From Candidatus Omnitrophota bacterium (GTDB lineage Bacteria > Ratteibacteria > UBA8468 > MWAK01): a stretch of 64,000 nucleotides of DNA. The notes below the pieces were generated by a model. It made no database searches. It was given only the letters and a program-made list of their open reading frames with translations, and was not told where the DNA came from. Of this stretch, positions 8,394 to 18,153 are shown piece by piece; the stretch's first letter is position 1, and the number at the start of each line of letters is the position of its first letter. The DNA lies in contig JBDRQI010000002.1 of the NCBI GenBank assembly GCA_043826355.1, positions 32,001-96,000 of the forward strand. The letters run 5' to 3'. The translations under genes were made by a program, and so were the position numbers.

Positions 8394-9398
8394 ATGAAAA
8401 AACCAAGAATCGGAATTCTGCTGGACGCAAGCATGAAAAGGTGCATCCTTAACCAAAAGGAGATAGCAAGGTTAAGGAGTTTTGCCTCCTTTCAGTTTGA
8501 GGAGTTTAAAGAATTGGACCAGGACTCTGCCGGAAGACTTATCAAGGGAACCGACGGAATCATTACCGGTTGGGAAACCCCTGTTCTGACAAAGGGGATG
8601 CTGGATTCCGCCCCGAACCTGAAAATCGTCGCCCATTCCGCCGGTTCGGTTAAAGCGATTATCAAAGATGATGAGGTGTGGAAAAGAAGGATAGCCGTTA
8701 CCTCAGCGGCTCCTTCCATCGCCATCGGTGTCGCCGAGTTTACTCTGGGTCTTCTAATCAACGGTTTGAAGAGAGTACAGCCGCTCAGTAAAGCAACCAG
8801 CCGGGGTTTGTGGAAGGAAGTACTCCAGATTGCCCAAATCAGGGAGTTTTACAAGATTAATATCGGAGTTGTAGGAGCTGGCTTTGTCGGAAGGCACCTG
8901 ATTAAACTTTTAAAGAACTTTGATGTCGGGATTCTTCTCTATGACCCCTTTGTAACCAAAGCGGAAGCCGTAAAGTTAGGCGTGGAGAAGACCTCCCTGA
9001 AGAAACTAATGCAGACCTGCGAAGCGGTTTCTTTACATGCTCCGTCTATTCCAACCACTTACCACATGATAAACGAAGAAAACCTCTCCCTGATGAAAGA
9101 AGGTGCTGTCCTGGTCAACACCGCCCGGGGTTCCCTCATTGACGAAAAAGCCCTGGTTAAGGTCCTGCGCACCGGAAAAATCTTTGTCCTGCTTGACGTT
9201 ACTGACCCGGAGCCGCCGGAAGAAAAAAGTCTCTTGCGTACCCTTGAAAACGTAGTCTTAACCCCGCACATAGCCGGCGCGGTTGCAGACAATTGCTTCC
9301 GCCAGGGCAACTACGCGGTTACCGAACTGGAACGCTTCTTTTCCGGAAAGAAACCGCTCTATCCGGTGACAAAAGAGATGCTGGCAAGAATTGCCTGA
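8394..9398 (+). CDS. D-2-hydroxyacid dehydrogenase family
   Basis: HSAGSVK; IGVVGAGFVG; VNTARGSLIDE; LDVTDPEP; LTPHIAG. Confidence 0.92.
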   Translation: MKKPRIGILLDASMKRCILNQKEIARLRSFASFQFEEFKELDQDSAGRLIKGTDGIITGWETPVLTKGMLDSAPNLKIVAHSAGSVKAIIKDDEVWKRRIAVTSAAPSIAIGVAEFTLGLLINGLKRVQPLSKATSRGLWKEVLQIAQIREFYKINIGVVGAGFVGRHLIKLLKNFDVGILLYDPFVTKAEAVKLGVEKTSLKKLMQTCEAVSLHAPSIPTTYHMINEENLSLMKEGAVLVNTARGSLIDEKALVKVLRTGKIFVLLDVTDPEPPEEKSLLRTLENVVLTPHIAGAVADNCFRQGNYAVTELERFFSGKKPLYPVTKEMLARIA

Positions 9399-9613
9399 AA
9401 TGATTAGCGGAAGCGTATTTGCTAATGGTAAAATTTAATAAAGCAGGAATTGCATCGATTGGGTATTAGAAGATAGGACCCAATGCGGGTTAAGGGCTGA
9501 AGAAGTACTGACGACGAATGTCCTGGATGGGCATTCCAATACCGAACTATAGCTATGGAAGTTTTCTGATGGCTCCCCGTTCCTTGTGGAAAAAGCAGTC
9601 AGAGAGGAGTGAG

Positions 9614-10366
9614 ATGAAAATAACATTTATTGGTGTTTCGTCCTGTATTCCCGATGTTGGTTCGGAGACAAGTTCTTTTCTTATTGATGCCAAAATTTTA
9701 GTGGACACCGGTTGGTGCGGCGTTCTCAAGATGAGGGAATACAACCTTGACCCGTTAGACCTAGAATATCTTATTTTGACTCATTTCCATCAGGACCACT
9801 ATCTTGGATTACCTCAATTACTCTTCTATCTTGGAATTAAAAAATTAAACGGCGCGTATTTTCCCCGAAAACCCTTTACCATTATCGGACCTTCAAAACA
9901 TCTCAACGAAGTGGTAACCAAAGCGCAGGAATTTATGCAGATAAAGGAGTTCCCGGAACTTTCTCTTGATCTGAAGCTCGTTTCCCTTTCCCCGGGACAA
10001 AGCTATGTAAACAGAAAATTCCGCCTTGACACCTTTCCGGCAAGACACCTGTCCGGTAAAAACATTCCTGAAGAGGCGTTTATCTGCAAATTTACCGAGA
10101 TTGGCACCAATAAATTCTTTACCTTTACCGGGGACACTTCTTTTTATCCGCCCCTCGTTGATTTTGCAAAAGAAAGTCTTCTGTTTATCCATGATGCCTG
10201 CCACAGTTCGCCGAAAGAAGCGGCAACTATAGCCAAAATGGCAAGGGTAAAAAAACTTTATCTAATTCATTACCCAAGAAACAGAAAAAAGGAAATCATC
10301 ACTAAGGCACGAAAGATTTTTCCCAAATCATTTTTGGCCAGAGAAGGGGGGATTTCAGAGATATGA
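9614..10366 (+). CDS. MBL-fold metallo-hydrolase (RNase Z-like)
   Basis: ILVDTG, THFHQDH, FTGDT, HSS, LYLIHY. Confidence 0.85.
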   Translation: MKITFIGVSSCIPDVGSETSSFLIDAKILVDTGWCGVLKMREYNLDPLDLEYLILTHFHQDHYLGLPQLLFYLGIKKLNGAYFPRKPFTIIGPSKHLNEVVTKAQEFMQIKEFPELSLDLKLVSLSPGQSYVNRKFRLDTFPARHLSGKNIPEEAFICKFTEIGTNKFFTFTGDTSFYPPLVDFAKESLLFIHDACHSSPKEAATIAKMARVKKLYLIHYPRNRKKEIITKARKIFPKSFLAREGGISEI

Positions 10367-11103
10367 TCAGGATAAAGATTTTGGGTTCCGCCTCAGGCAT
10401 ACCGACAAAAACCAGGTTTAATACTTCAATTTCCCTTGTTGTTGGAGGAGACATATATTTATTTGATGCCGGCGAGCCTGTAAGCGGGCTTCTAATTAGA
10501 AATAACCTTGATTGGAACAAGATTAGGGCCATTTTCATTTCACATCTTCACACCGACCATTTTTCCGGCATTTTCCAGTTGCTTCAGTCCATGCAGCTAA
10601 CCCTTAGAAAAAATCCGCTGTATCTTTTTATGCCTGCAAAAGGAATTGAATCTGTGGAAAAATTTCTAAAACTCTTTGCGATAGGACCGGAACACCTTCC
10701 TTTTAAATTGAATCTTCTTCCGGTACAGAAAGGTTTTAAAGATAAAAACCTTAGAATTTCTGCTTTTCCCACAACTCATTTCATCAGCACGCATCTTTCC
10801 GAAAGCTGGGGTTTTAAGATTGAGGGTAAAAAAAAGAAGATCCTGTATTCTGGAGATATTGGAAGTTTCAACGACCTAAATGACCATCTTGATAATTTAA
10901 ACCTTCTTATTTTGGAGTTCGCGCACTTTAAACCGGAAGAAGCTTTCTCCTTTTTCTCTTCCAGGGGCAGAAAAATAAAAAAGATAGTTATTACGCATAT
11001 CCATCCGGATCTGGATAAAACTGGAAAAGAAATATTGACTCCTAATGCCTCTTTGAACAAGAGGATTTTGGCCGGATACGATGGCATGGAGATAGACATT
11101 TAG
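10363..11103 (+). CDS. MBL-fold metallo-hydrolase (RNase Z-like)
   Basis: ILGSASGIP, LFDAGE, SHLHTDH, YSGD, ITHIHP; ATGA overlap with the previous gene. Confidence 0.85.
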   Translation: MIRIKILGSASGIPTKTRFNTSISLVVGGDIYLFDAGEPVSGLLIRNNLDWNKIRAIFISHLHTDHFSGIFQLLQSMQLTLRKNPLYLFMPAKGIESVEKFLKLFAIGPEHLPFKLNLLPVQKGFKDKNLRISAFPTTHFISTHLSESWGFKIEGKKKKILYSGDIGSFNDLNDHLDNLNLLILEFAHFKPEEAFSFFSSRGRKIKKIVITHIHPDLDKTGKEILTPNASLNKRILAGYDGMEIDI

Positions 11104-11441
11104 CGCGTGTCTGGGCTTGGAAAAAGATTGAAGGAGAGTTGATGCATGCTTCAAAAGCCCGTTTAATGCTAACGGAGAAATAACACAGTGAATTCCCTCA
11201 AAACCGGGGGGCTGGTTCCTTTCACCGGAATCAGTGGCTTCTTTGAGTGGAATACGCATCGAGTCCCGTTATTCGTCATTAAGTTGAGCTTGCAGGAAAA
11301 TCCTAATTTGTGCTAAAGTTAAGCACGGGGTAATAGTAATTCAACTGCCCATTTTCCCGAGGATTTATTCCGTAAAATGCTGGTGAATCCGCTGTTCTTT
11401 TTGCCTATTTTTACCGTGTATTTTTTCTAATTGGAGGTGGA

Positions 11442-12209
11442 ATGAAAATAGCTTGCAGTTCCTGGTCTTTTCACCGCACGATTGAAGCAGGGAAATTGGA
11501 CCAGTTGTCCTGGGTTGAGAAGTGTGCCAAAGAATTGGAACTGGACGGCGTGGAACTTCTGGACGTTCATTTTCCAGAAACGGGGAAGGATTATCTCAGG
11601 AGATTGAAAAAGAGAATCACGGATTTAGGGCTTACCGTTGCGGCAGTCAGCGCCAGCAACCACTTTACCACCCCGGATGACGCTAAACTTTGCCAGGAGG
11701 CGGCAAAAGTAAAGCAGTGGGCCGACGTTGCCGCCTACCTGGGCGCGCCGGTCCTGCGCTGTTTTGCCGGAAGCGGTCAGGAATTGGCTGATCCGGCTAT
11801 TTTCAAACGCACCGCGGCTGCTTTAAGGGAATGCGCGGATTATTGCCGGGATAATCACGGTATCGTTCTGGCAATGGAGAATCACGGCGGGACTTCTGCA
11901 GAACAGATTATGGGATTAGTCAAAGCAGTGGACAGCGATTGGTTTCGTTTGACCCTGGATACCGGCAACTTTTCCCAAGACCCTTATGGTTCCATCCGTA
12001 AAGCCGCCCCCCTGGCGGTTTTTGTCCACGCCAAGACTTATGATATTGACGAGCTCGGGAACGAGAAACGGCTGGACTATGACCGGATACTTCAGATTTT
12101 CCGCGAAGTTTCATACCGGGGCTTCATTTCACTTGAATATGAAGGCGAGTCGGATGAAGAGTTGATGATACCTAAATCCGTCGTTCTTCTTAAGCGTCTT
12201 AACGCCTAA
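11442..12209 (+). CDS. Sugar phosphate isomerase/epimerase (TIM barrel)
   Basis: LDGVEL, LAMENHGG, LDTGNF, VHAK, ISLEYEG. Confidence 0.88.
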   Translation: MKIACSSWSFHRTIEAGKLDQLSWVEKCAKELELDGVELLDVHFPETGKDYLRRLKKRITDLGLTVAAVSASNHFTTPDDAKLCQEAAKVKQWADVAAYLGAPVLRCFAGSGQELADPAIFKRTAAALRECADYCRDNHGIVLAMENHGGTSAEQIMGLVKAVDSDWFRLTLDTGNFSQDPYGSIRKAAPLAVFVHAKTYDIDELGNEKRLDYDRILQIFREVSYRGFISLEYEGESDEELMIPKSVVLLKRLNA

Positions 12210-12232
12210 ATTTTACCGGAGGAGAGAAAGGG

Positions 12233-13297
12233 ATGGCAAAAAAAATAAGAGTGGGAATAATCGGCGCCGGCGGTATCGCTCAAGCGGGGCATATCCCCAG
12301 TTTTCAGAAAGTACCGGACGTGGAGATGGCGGCAATTTGTGACCCGAACATTGCCAAGGCGGATGTGGTAGCCCAAAAATTCGGCATTCCGAAAACCTTT
12401 GCCGACTATAGGAAGATGCTGTTGCAAAAAGATATTAACGTTATAAGCGTTTGTTCGCCCAACTATTTTCACAAAGAACAGGCAATAGCCGCCCTCTTAA
12501 GCGGCCGGGATGTTCTCTGCGAAAAACCGGTTTCCATGAACAGCACGGAAACAAAGGAGATTTTAAAGGCGGTTTCCCAAACCGGCCGGAAATTCATGGT
12601 CGCTTTTCCGCACCGCTTTTCCACGGTCTCCACCTTTCTTAAAAAACTCATTTCCGAAGGTGAATTCGGTCAGGTTTATTACGCCCGGGCAAATTGTCTG
12701 AGACGTCGCGGCATCCCCGGTTTGGGCGGCTGGTTTACCACCAAAAAACTATCCGGCGGCGGTCCTTTGATTGACATAGGCGTCCACATCCTGGACAAAA
12801 CCTACTGGCTGATGGGTGCGCCCAAGCCGGTTTCGGTTACCGGCGTTACCTTTCAAAAATTCAAGGAGGTGGCTACCGACGGCGGCTGGCCTTCTTTGGA
12901 AACCCGGCATCCCGGCGACAAATACGGCGGCACCTTTGAAGTGGAAGATTTGGCGGCCGCTTTCATCCGGTTTGATAACGGCGCCGCCCTTGTTCTGGAG
13001 GCATCCTGGTCCGGCAATTCGGAGACAGTGATGACCTACAGTCTCTTTGGCGAAAAGGCAGGCGCCAGAGAGGACGCTTCCGGCCTTACGATTTTCGGTG
13101 AGAAAGCCGGGGTTCTAATCGATACGACCCCTTCTTTGCCGCTGGTCAATGTTTACGACGAAGAGATAAAAGATTTTGTTTCCTGCGTCCGGGAAGACCG
13201 GCCGCCCATCACCACCCCGGCGCAGATTCTGGCTGTAAGCCAGATATTGGAAGGAGTGTATAAATCGGCGGAAACCGGTAAAGAAGTCAAATTGTAA
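12233..13297 (+). CDS. Gfo/Idh/MocA oxidoreductase
   Basis: VGIIGAGGIA, VLCEKP, GGGPLIDIGVH. Confidence 0.92.
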   Translation: MAKKIRVGIIGAGGIAQAGHIPSFQKVPDVEMAAICDPNIAKADVVAQKFGIPKTFADYRKMLLQKDINVISVCSPNYFHKEQAIAALLSGRDVLCEKPVSMNSTETKEILKAVSQTGRKFMVAFPHRFSTVSTFLKKLISEGEFGQVYYARANCLRRRGIPGLGGWFTTKKLSGGGPLIDIGVHILDKTYWLMGAPKPVSVTGVTFQKFKEVATDGGWPSLETRHPGDKYGGTFEVEDLAAAFIRFDNGAALVLEASWSGNSETVMTYSLFGEKAGAREDASGLTIFGEKAGVLIDTTPSLPLVNVYDEEIKDFVSCVREDRPPITTPAQILAVSQILEGVYKSAETGKEVKL

Positions 13298-13314
13298 GAG
13301 AAGCGGTTAAAATT

Positions 13315-14475
13315 ATGGCAAAAACGGATAAACACCGGGTGGCGGTTGTAGGCTGTGGCGCTTTGGCGCAGGGTGTACACCTGCCCAACATTCAACGTAA
13401 TCCGCGTTTACAGCTTATTGTTGCTTGTGACCGTGACCAGAGAGTTGCGGAGATGTGCCGCGCAAAGTTTGGGGCGCAACGGGTTGAAACAGACTGGCAT
13501 AAAGTAGTTGATGCCTCGGACGTTGACCTGGTCGTGCTTGCTACTCACATAAATCTGCGCGGTGAACTGATTATTCCGGCGTTGAAAGCCGGGAAACCTG
13601 TTTATACCGAAAAACCCCTGAGTCCGGACGACCGGGAAATGCGGGAAATCGTAAAGACCTTTCGGGAGACCGGCGTTTCCGTCTGCGTCGGTCATAACCG
13701 CCGTTCCAGCCCGGCGATGCTTGAATTTCGGCGGATACTGGAGAAAGCCCGGTCAGGCATATCGGCAACCAGGCCCTGTGTGGACCGTAGTTTAAACCGG
13801 AAATCAACGAATTCCAAAGAAGCCTGCACCCAGATTCTGATGCGCATTAATGACGATGACCGAAGTTGGAAAGATTGGGCTTTCCGGGATGCTCAGGGAA
13901 TTATGTTTGCCGAGATGGTTCATTTTATCGACCTGGCTCTCTGGTTTAATGAGGGCTATCCGGTCCGTCTCTTTGCGGAAGGGTCGCCCCACGGAAATTT
14001 CACGTTGATCTTAAAATTTAATGATGGTTCGATAACAACAATGCAGCACACCAGTATAGGCAACTTTGATTACCCGAAAGAGCTTTTTGAAGTTACGACA
14101 CACTATATCACCGTTGCGATGGACCAGTATATTGAAGTTCGCCAGATGGGGATTGCGGATGAACCGGTGCTGCAGACATTCCCTTACGCGGAAGATTGCG
14201 GATGGGCCGGAAAAGAGGGTATGACCGGGTATATGTTTTCGTTAACTGAGGAACGAAAACGGGCTTTAGCTGAAGGACGGCTGCCGCGCTGGATTAACGT
14301 AAACAAGGGGCACTATCAGCACATGAATCTTTTTCTTGATTGCATTGAAGGTAAAGGTCCCAATCCCTGCGGCGTGGAAAGCGCGGTCCCGGTAAACCGG
14401 CTGGCGATGAAATTTCTGGAATCGGCGGCGTCCGGCCTGCCTGTTGCTCTCGGCCCGGAAATTCTGGAAGTATAG
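13315..14475 (+). CDS. Gfo/Idh/MocA oxidoreductase
   Basis: VAVVGCGALA, VYTEKP, VGHNRR, EMVHFID. Confidence 0.88.
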   Translation: MAKTDKHRVAVVGCGALAQGVHLPNIQRNPRLQLIVACDRDQRVAEMCRAKFGAQRVETDWHKVVDASDVDLVVLATHINLRGELIIPALKAGKPVYTEKPLSPDDREMREIVKTFRETGVSVCVGHNRRSSPAMLEFRRILEKARSGISATRPCVDRSLNRKSTNSKEACTQILMRINDDDRSWKDWAFRDAQGIMFAEMVHFIDLALWFNEGYPVRLFAEGSPHGNFTLILKFNDGSITTMQHTSIGNFDYPKELFEVTTHYITVAMDQYIEVRQMGIADEPVLQTFPYAEDCGWAGKEGMTGYMFSLTEERKRALAEGRLPRWINVNKGHYQHMNLFLDCIEGKGPNPCGVESAVPVNRLAMKFLESAASGLPVALGPEILEV

Positions 14476-14511
14476 GAATGACATGGGTTGCCAAAAAAAT
14501 AAAATTGCCCC

Positions 14512-15717
14512 CTAAGCCCGGGAAACCCGGTTTCGGCCTTCTTTTTTAGACCGGTAAAGAGCGTCGTCAACTTTTTTAAGCAATTTTTCCCGGTCGCCGG
14601 CATCGGCCGGAAAAGCGGCAACACCGATGGAAACGCTCAGATTTTTATCGGGTTGCTTCTTGTCGTCGGGAAGTCGGTGCACCTCCATTTCCCGGCGTAT
14701 CTTTTCCGCCTTTACAAATGCGGCTTCTTTATCCGTTTCCGTTAGTATTACGCAGAATTCGTCCCCGCCGTACCGGGCGGCAATATCGGTAGTCCTGATA
14801 TTTCCCCGGATTATTTTGGCGGCGGAGGCCAGGAGCGCATCCCCGGCCTGGTGACCGTAGGTGTCGTTGTAACCTTTAAAGAAATCAACGTCAATCATTA
14901 AAAGAGAAAGGGAATGTTTATACCGGTTGCTCCGGTTTAGTTCCTCGTAAAGTAATTTTTGGAAATGACGGTGGTTGTAAAGCCCGGTCAAGCCGTCGGT
15001 CAGGGACAGAAATTCCACCTCCTTGTATAGCCGGGCATTTTCCAGGGCGATGCCGACCTGATTGGTGAAAAAGGAGAGGGTTTTAATTTCACCTTCGTTG
15101 TGGAAATTTTTCCCGTCGGTTTCCAACAGGAAGACGCCCAGGGTGTTTTGGGCGACCGCCACCGGAATCGCCAGAAAAGCAGACAGGCGCGCCCTGTTTA
15201 TAAAATCCCGGTCGCAGCGGTAATCGTTCCGGGCGTTCAGGGTTTCAAAACTCTGCTGGGTTAACGCCACTTTTGGAATGATCCCGAACGCTTCGTGGAG
15301 CGGGAAGGAAAACCCCCTGATTTCGGATAGTTCCATTCCAAAAGCGGCCCGGCCTTCTATCGTTTTCTTCCCTCCTTCTTCTTTAACCCAGAAGAGCAGG
15401 ATTCTTTTGGATGAAGGCAGGATTTCTTTCAGGGCGAGCAGAATTATCTCCAGCGTATCTTCGGATTCGGTGGCAAGCGCAAAGGACTGGGCAACTTCAT
15501 TAGCCGACAGCAGCCCCTCGTATAAATTCTGGGAATTCACCAATTTAATTTTTTGTTGTTTGTCTATGAAGAAGAGCAGTCCGGTGAGTAAAATGATTGG
15601 TGCGGCAACAATTGCCAGGCCTGATTTTAGAGCGTAAAAGATGGAAAAAATAGAGAGAACTATAGAGAGGATGATAATTGGGTAATCGATAATCACATTC
15701 TTAACCCGTCTCTTCAT
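14512..15717 (-). CDS. Membrane-anchored GAF-GGDEF diguanylate cyclase
   Basis: Two N-terminal TM segments, GAF ending IALENARLY, TDGLTGLYN, intact RxxD (RTTD) and GGDEF. Confidence 0.92.
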   Translation of the reverse strand: MKRRVKNVIIDYPIIILSIVLSIFSIFYALKSGLAIVAAPIILLTGLLFFIDKQQKIKLVNSQNLYEGLLSANEVAQSFALATESEDTLEIILLALKEILPSSKRILLFWVKEEGGKKTIEGRAAFGMELSEIRGFSFPLHEAFGIIPKVALTQQSFETLNARNDYRCDRDFINRARLSAFLAIPVAVAQNTLGVFLLETDGKNFHNEGEIKTLSFFTNQVGIALENARLYKEVEFLSLTDGLTGLYNHRHFQKLLYEELNRSNRYKHSLSLLMIDVDFFKGYNDTYGHQAGDALLASAAKIIRGNIRTTDIAARYGGDEFCVILTETDKEAAFVKAEKIRREMEVHRLPDDKKQPDKNLSVSIGVAAFPADAGDREKLLKKVDDALYRSKKEGRNRVSRA

Positions 15718-16153
15718 TGTGTTAATTATAACAGGATTAATTTAAAAGCGCCGAAAATTCAGGGCGTTGGTTTATAATTCAATTGGCCGGCTGACTTATG
15801 GTCAAGATGGAGATGTGTGTTTTCGTGGAGACGAAAAAAAGAAGCGGGTAACCGGGAGTCGCGGAAAATGGTGGTGTGCATCGATAATTATAAACTTTTG
15901 TTTTCCGTCGGATAAATATCCGGCGTTCCTTTTGTCAACTGTTATGCAAATATTATAATATCTTCCGGAACATTCGTCAAAAAGTTGCATCGAAAGATAA
16001 GTTGATAAAGAAGACACGAAACTGTGTTATAATTATCTCTAAGAGAGGGAGGGTTAGGGCGGGTCTTTTTACCGGGGGCATAACTTCAAAATATCCCTTG
16101 CCCGGCCGTATCCAATTTGTTAAGCAAAATAGTAATGTATCCAGAGGTTATCA

Positions 16154-16342
16154 ATGAGTAATAATTTCAACACTCTGTCGATGAGACCGTATCAATTAAT
16201 GTGTATTGTGTGCAGGATTGGCGCCGGCATTGAACGCGGACCGGAATGGAGGGTTTGCGGAGGAAAAGAGGGCGGCCCGGACTATCTAAAAGCAAGAAAA
16301 AAAAGATTGAATATAAGGAGACACGTTGTCCGTTACACTTAA
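16154..16342 (+). pseudogene. Short ORF, probable truncated remnant
   Basis: RBS GAGG; N-terminus RPYQLMCIVCRIG looks like a metal-binding protein start, then loses protein-like character. Confidence 0.3.
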
Positions 16343-16440
16343 TTTAATAAAACGGGTGCGCCATCCATAAGGGTAAATTCCTCCTGAAACTCTTTCCGGA
16401 GGGTGTTTTTATTGATAAACCGGTTGAAAAACTCTGATTT

Positions 16441-18135
16441 CTAAAACAAACCCACCACGTTGCCTTTTTCGTCAACATCCACTTTTGTGCCGGCCGGCTC
16501 GCTGGGCAGTCCGGGCATGGTGCGCATCTCTCCGCAAAACGGATAAAGAAAACCGGCGCCGGCTGCCAGGCGGATGTCTCTGATGGGCAGGGTGAACCCG
16601 GTTGGCCTCCCCTTCAGTTTGGGGTCGTGCGAAAGCGAAAGATGGGTCTTGGCCATGCAGATGGGCAGGTCGTTGTACCCAAGGTTGGTGTAGTATTTGA
16701 TTTTTCCCTCGGCCAGCGGCGCGAACTCAACCCGGGCCGCACCGTAGATTTTAGTCGCAATCGTCTCAATCTTTTCCTTGATGGTCGCGTCAAGGGGATA
16801 AAGAAACCGGAAATTGCCCGGTTGATTGGCGGCTGCGATCACTGCTTCCGCCAGTTCCTTGCCGCCTTCGCCGCCCTTCGCCCAGACGTTGCTTTCGCAG
16901 GCGTTGTCGGAGCCGGATTGGAGCGCAATTTTCTTTACCGCGGCAATCTCGGAATCAAAGTCGGTTGGGAACCGGTTAATCGCAACCACCACCGGCACGC
17001 CGTAAAGCCGGACATTTTCAATGTGTTTGACGAGGTTTGCCGCGCCCTCCGTTACGACGGAAGGGTTTTCCTCCAAAAGTTTTTTGGGTAAGGGCTTGCC
17101 CGGTGTGACCGAAAATTTACCGCTGTGCATCTTTAAGGCCCGGACCGAGCAGACGATTACCACCGCATCCGGTTTCAAACCACTGACCCGGCACTTGATG
17201 TCAAAGAACTTTTCCGCTCCGCAGTCCGCTCCAAAGCCGCTTTCGGTTACCAGGTATTCTGCCAGGTGAATTCCCAGTTGGTCCGCGATGACGGAACTGT
17301 TGCCGTGGGCGATGTTGGCGAAAGGCCCGGCATGGACCAGGCACGGCGTATGTTCCAGGGTCTGCATGAGCGTTGGTTTGATTGCGTCTTTCAGGAGAAC
17401 CGCCATGGCGCCGGCGCACTTGAGGTCTTCCGCAGTTATTGGTTTGCCTTCTTTGCTTAAACCGACTACAATCTTGCCCAGTCGTTTCCTGAGGTCAAAG
17501 AGGTCGGTGGTCAGGGCCAGGATTGCCATTACTTCGGAGGCAACGGTGATGTCAAAAGACGATTCCCGGGGCACCCCGTCTTCCTTGCCGCCCAACCCGG
17601 TTACGATTTTACGCAGGGCCCGGTCGCTGACGTCAACCACCCTGGGCCAGGTGATGGAATAGGGATTGAGGTTGAAAGGGTTCTTATGGTAGAGGGAGTT
17701 GTCAATGAAGGCCGAGAGAAGGTTGTGCGCCAGACCCACCGCGTGGACGTCTCCGGTCAGGTGCAGGTTGAAGTCCTCCATCGGAATAACCTGAGAATAT
17801 CCGCCGCCGGCCGCGCCCCCTTTAATGCCGAAGACCGGTCCCAGGGATGGTTGCCGGATGCAGGTGAGGACGCTTTTCCCAATCGTGGCCAGCGCCTGGG
17901 AAAGGCCGATGGTGGTAACAGTCTTGCCTTCGCCCAGCGGTGTCGGTGTAATGGCAGTGACGTCGATATACTTCCCCTTCGGCTTATTTTTTACGCGGTC
18001 GGTTGCCTTCAGGTCAATTTTTGCTTTGTACTTTCCGTAAAGTTCCAGCTCGTCATCAAGAATGCCTAACTTTTCCGCAATTTCTTTAATCGGTTTTATC
18101 TTTGCTTTCTGGGCAATTTCCAGGTCGGACAGCAT
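16441..18135 (-). CDS. fhs: Formate--tetrahydrofolate ligase
   Basis: TAITPTPLGEGKT, GIKGGAAGGGYSQV, HAGPFANIAHG, CMAKTHLS, MRTMPGLP. Confidence 0.98.
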   Translation of the reverse strand: MLSDLEIAQKAKIKPIKEIAEKLGILDDELELYGKYKAKIDLKATDRVKNKPKGKYIDVTAITPTPLGEGKTVTTIGLSQALATIGKSVLTCIRQPSLGPVFGIKGGAAGGGYSQVIPMEDFNLHLTGDVHAVGLAHNLLSAFIDNSLYHKNPFNLNPYSITWPRVVDVSDRALRKIVTGLGGKEDGVPRESSFDITVASEVMAILALTTDLFDLRKRLGKIVVGLSKEGKPITAEDLKCAGAMAVLLKDAIKPTLMQTLEHTPCLVHAGPFANIAHGNSSVIADQLGIHLAEYLVTESGFGADCGAEKFFDIKCRVSGLKPDAVVIVCSVRALKMHSGKFSVTPGKPLPKKLLEENPSVVTEGAANLVKHIENVRLYGVPVVVAINRFPTDFDSEIAAVKKIALQSGSDNACESNVWAKGGEGGKELAEAVIAAANQPGNFRFLYPLDATIKEKIETIATKIYGAARVEFAPLAEGKIKYYTNLGYNDLPICMAKTHLSLSHDPKLKGRPTGFTLPIRDIRLAAGAGFLYPFCGEMRTMPGLPSEPAGTKVDVDEKGNVVGLF

Positions 18136-18153
18136 AATGCCTCCCTTAATTTT

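Noticed and set aside
9454..9612. Frame IDWVLED..TEL*LWKFSDGSPFLVEK with an in-frame TAG, as possible amber read-through
   Set aside because: No start codon or RBS, very short; more likely a gene remnant
11104..11441. Long intergenic region as riboswitch or ncRNA
   Set aside because: No recognisable aptamer consensus or convincing stems by eye
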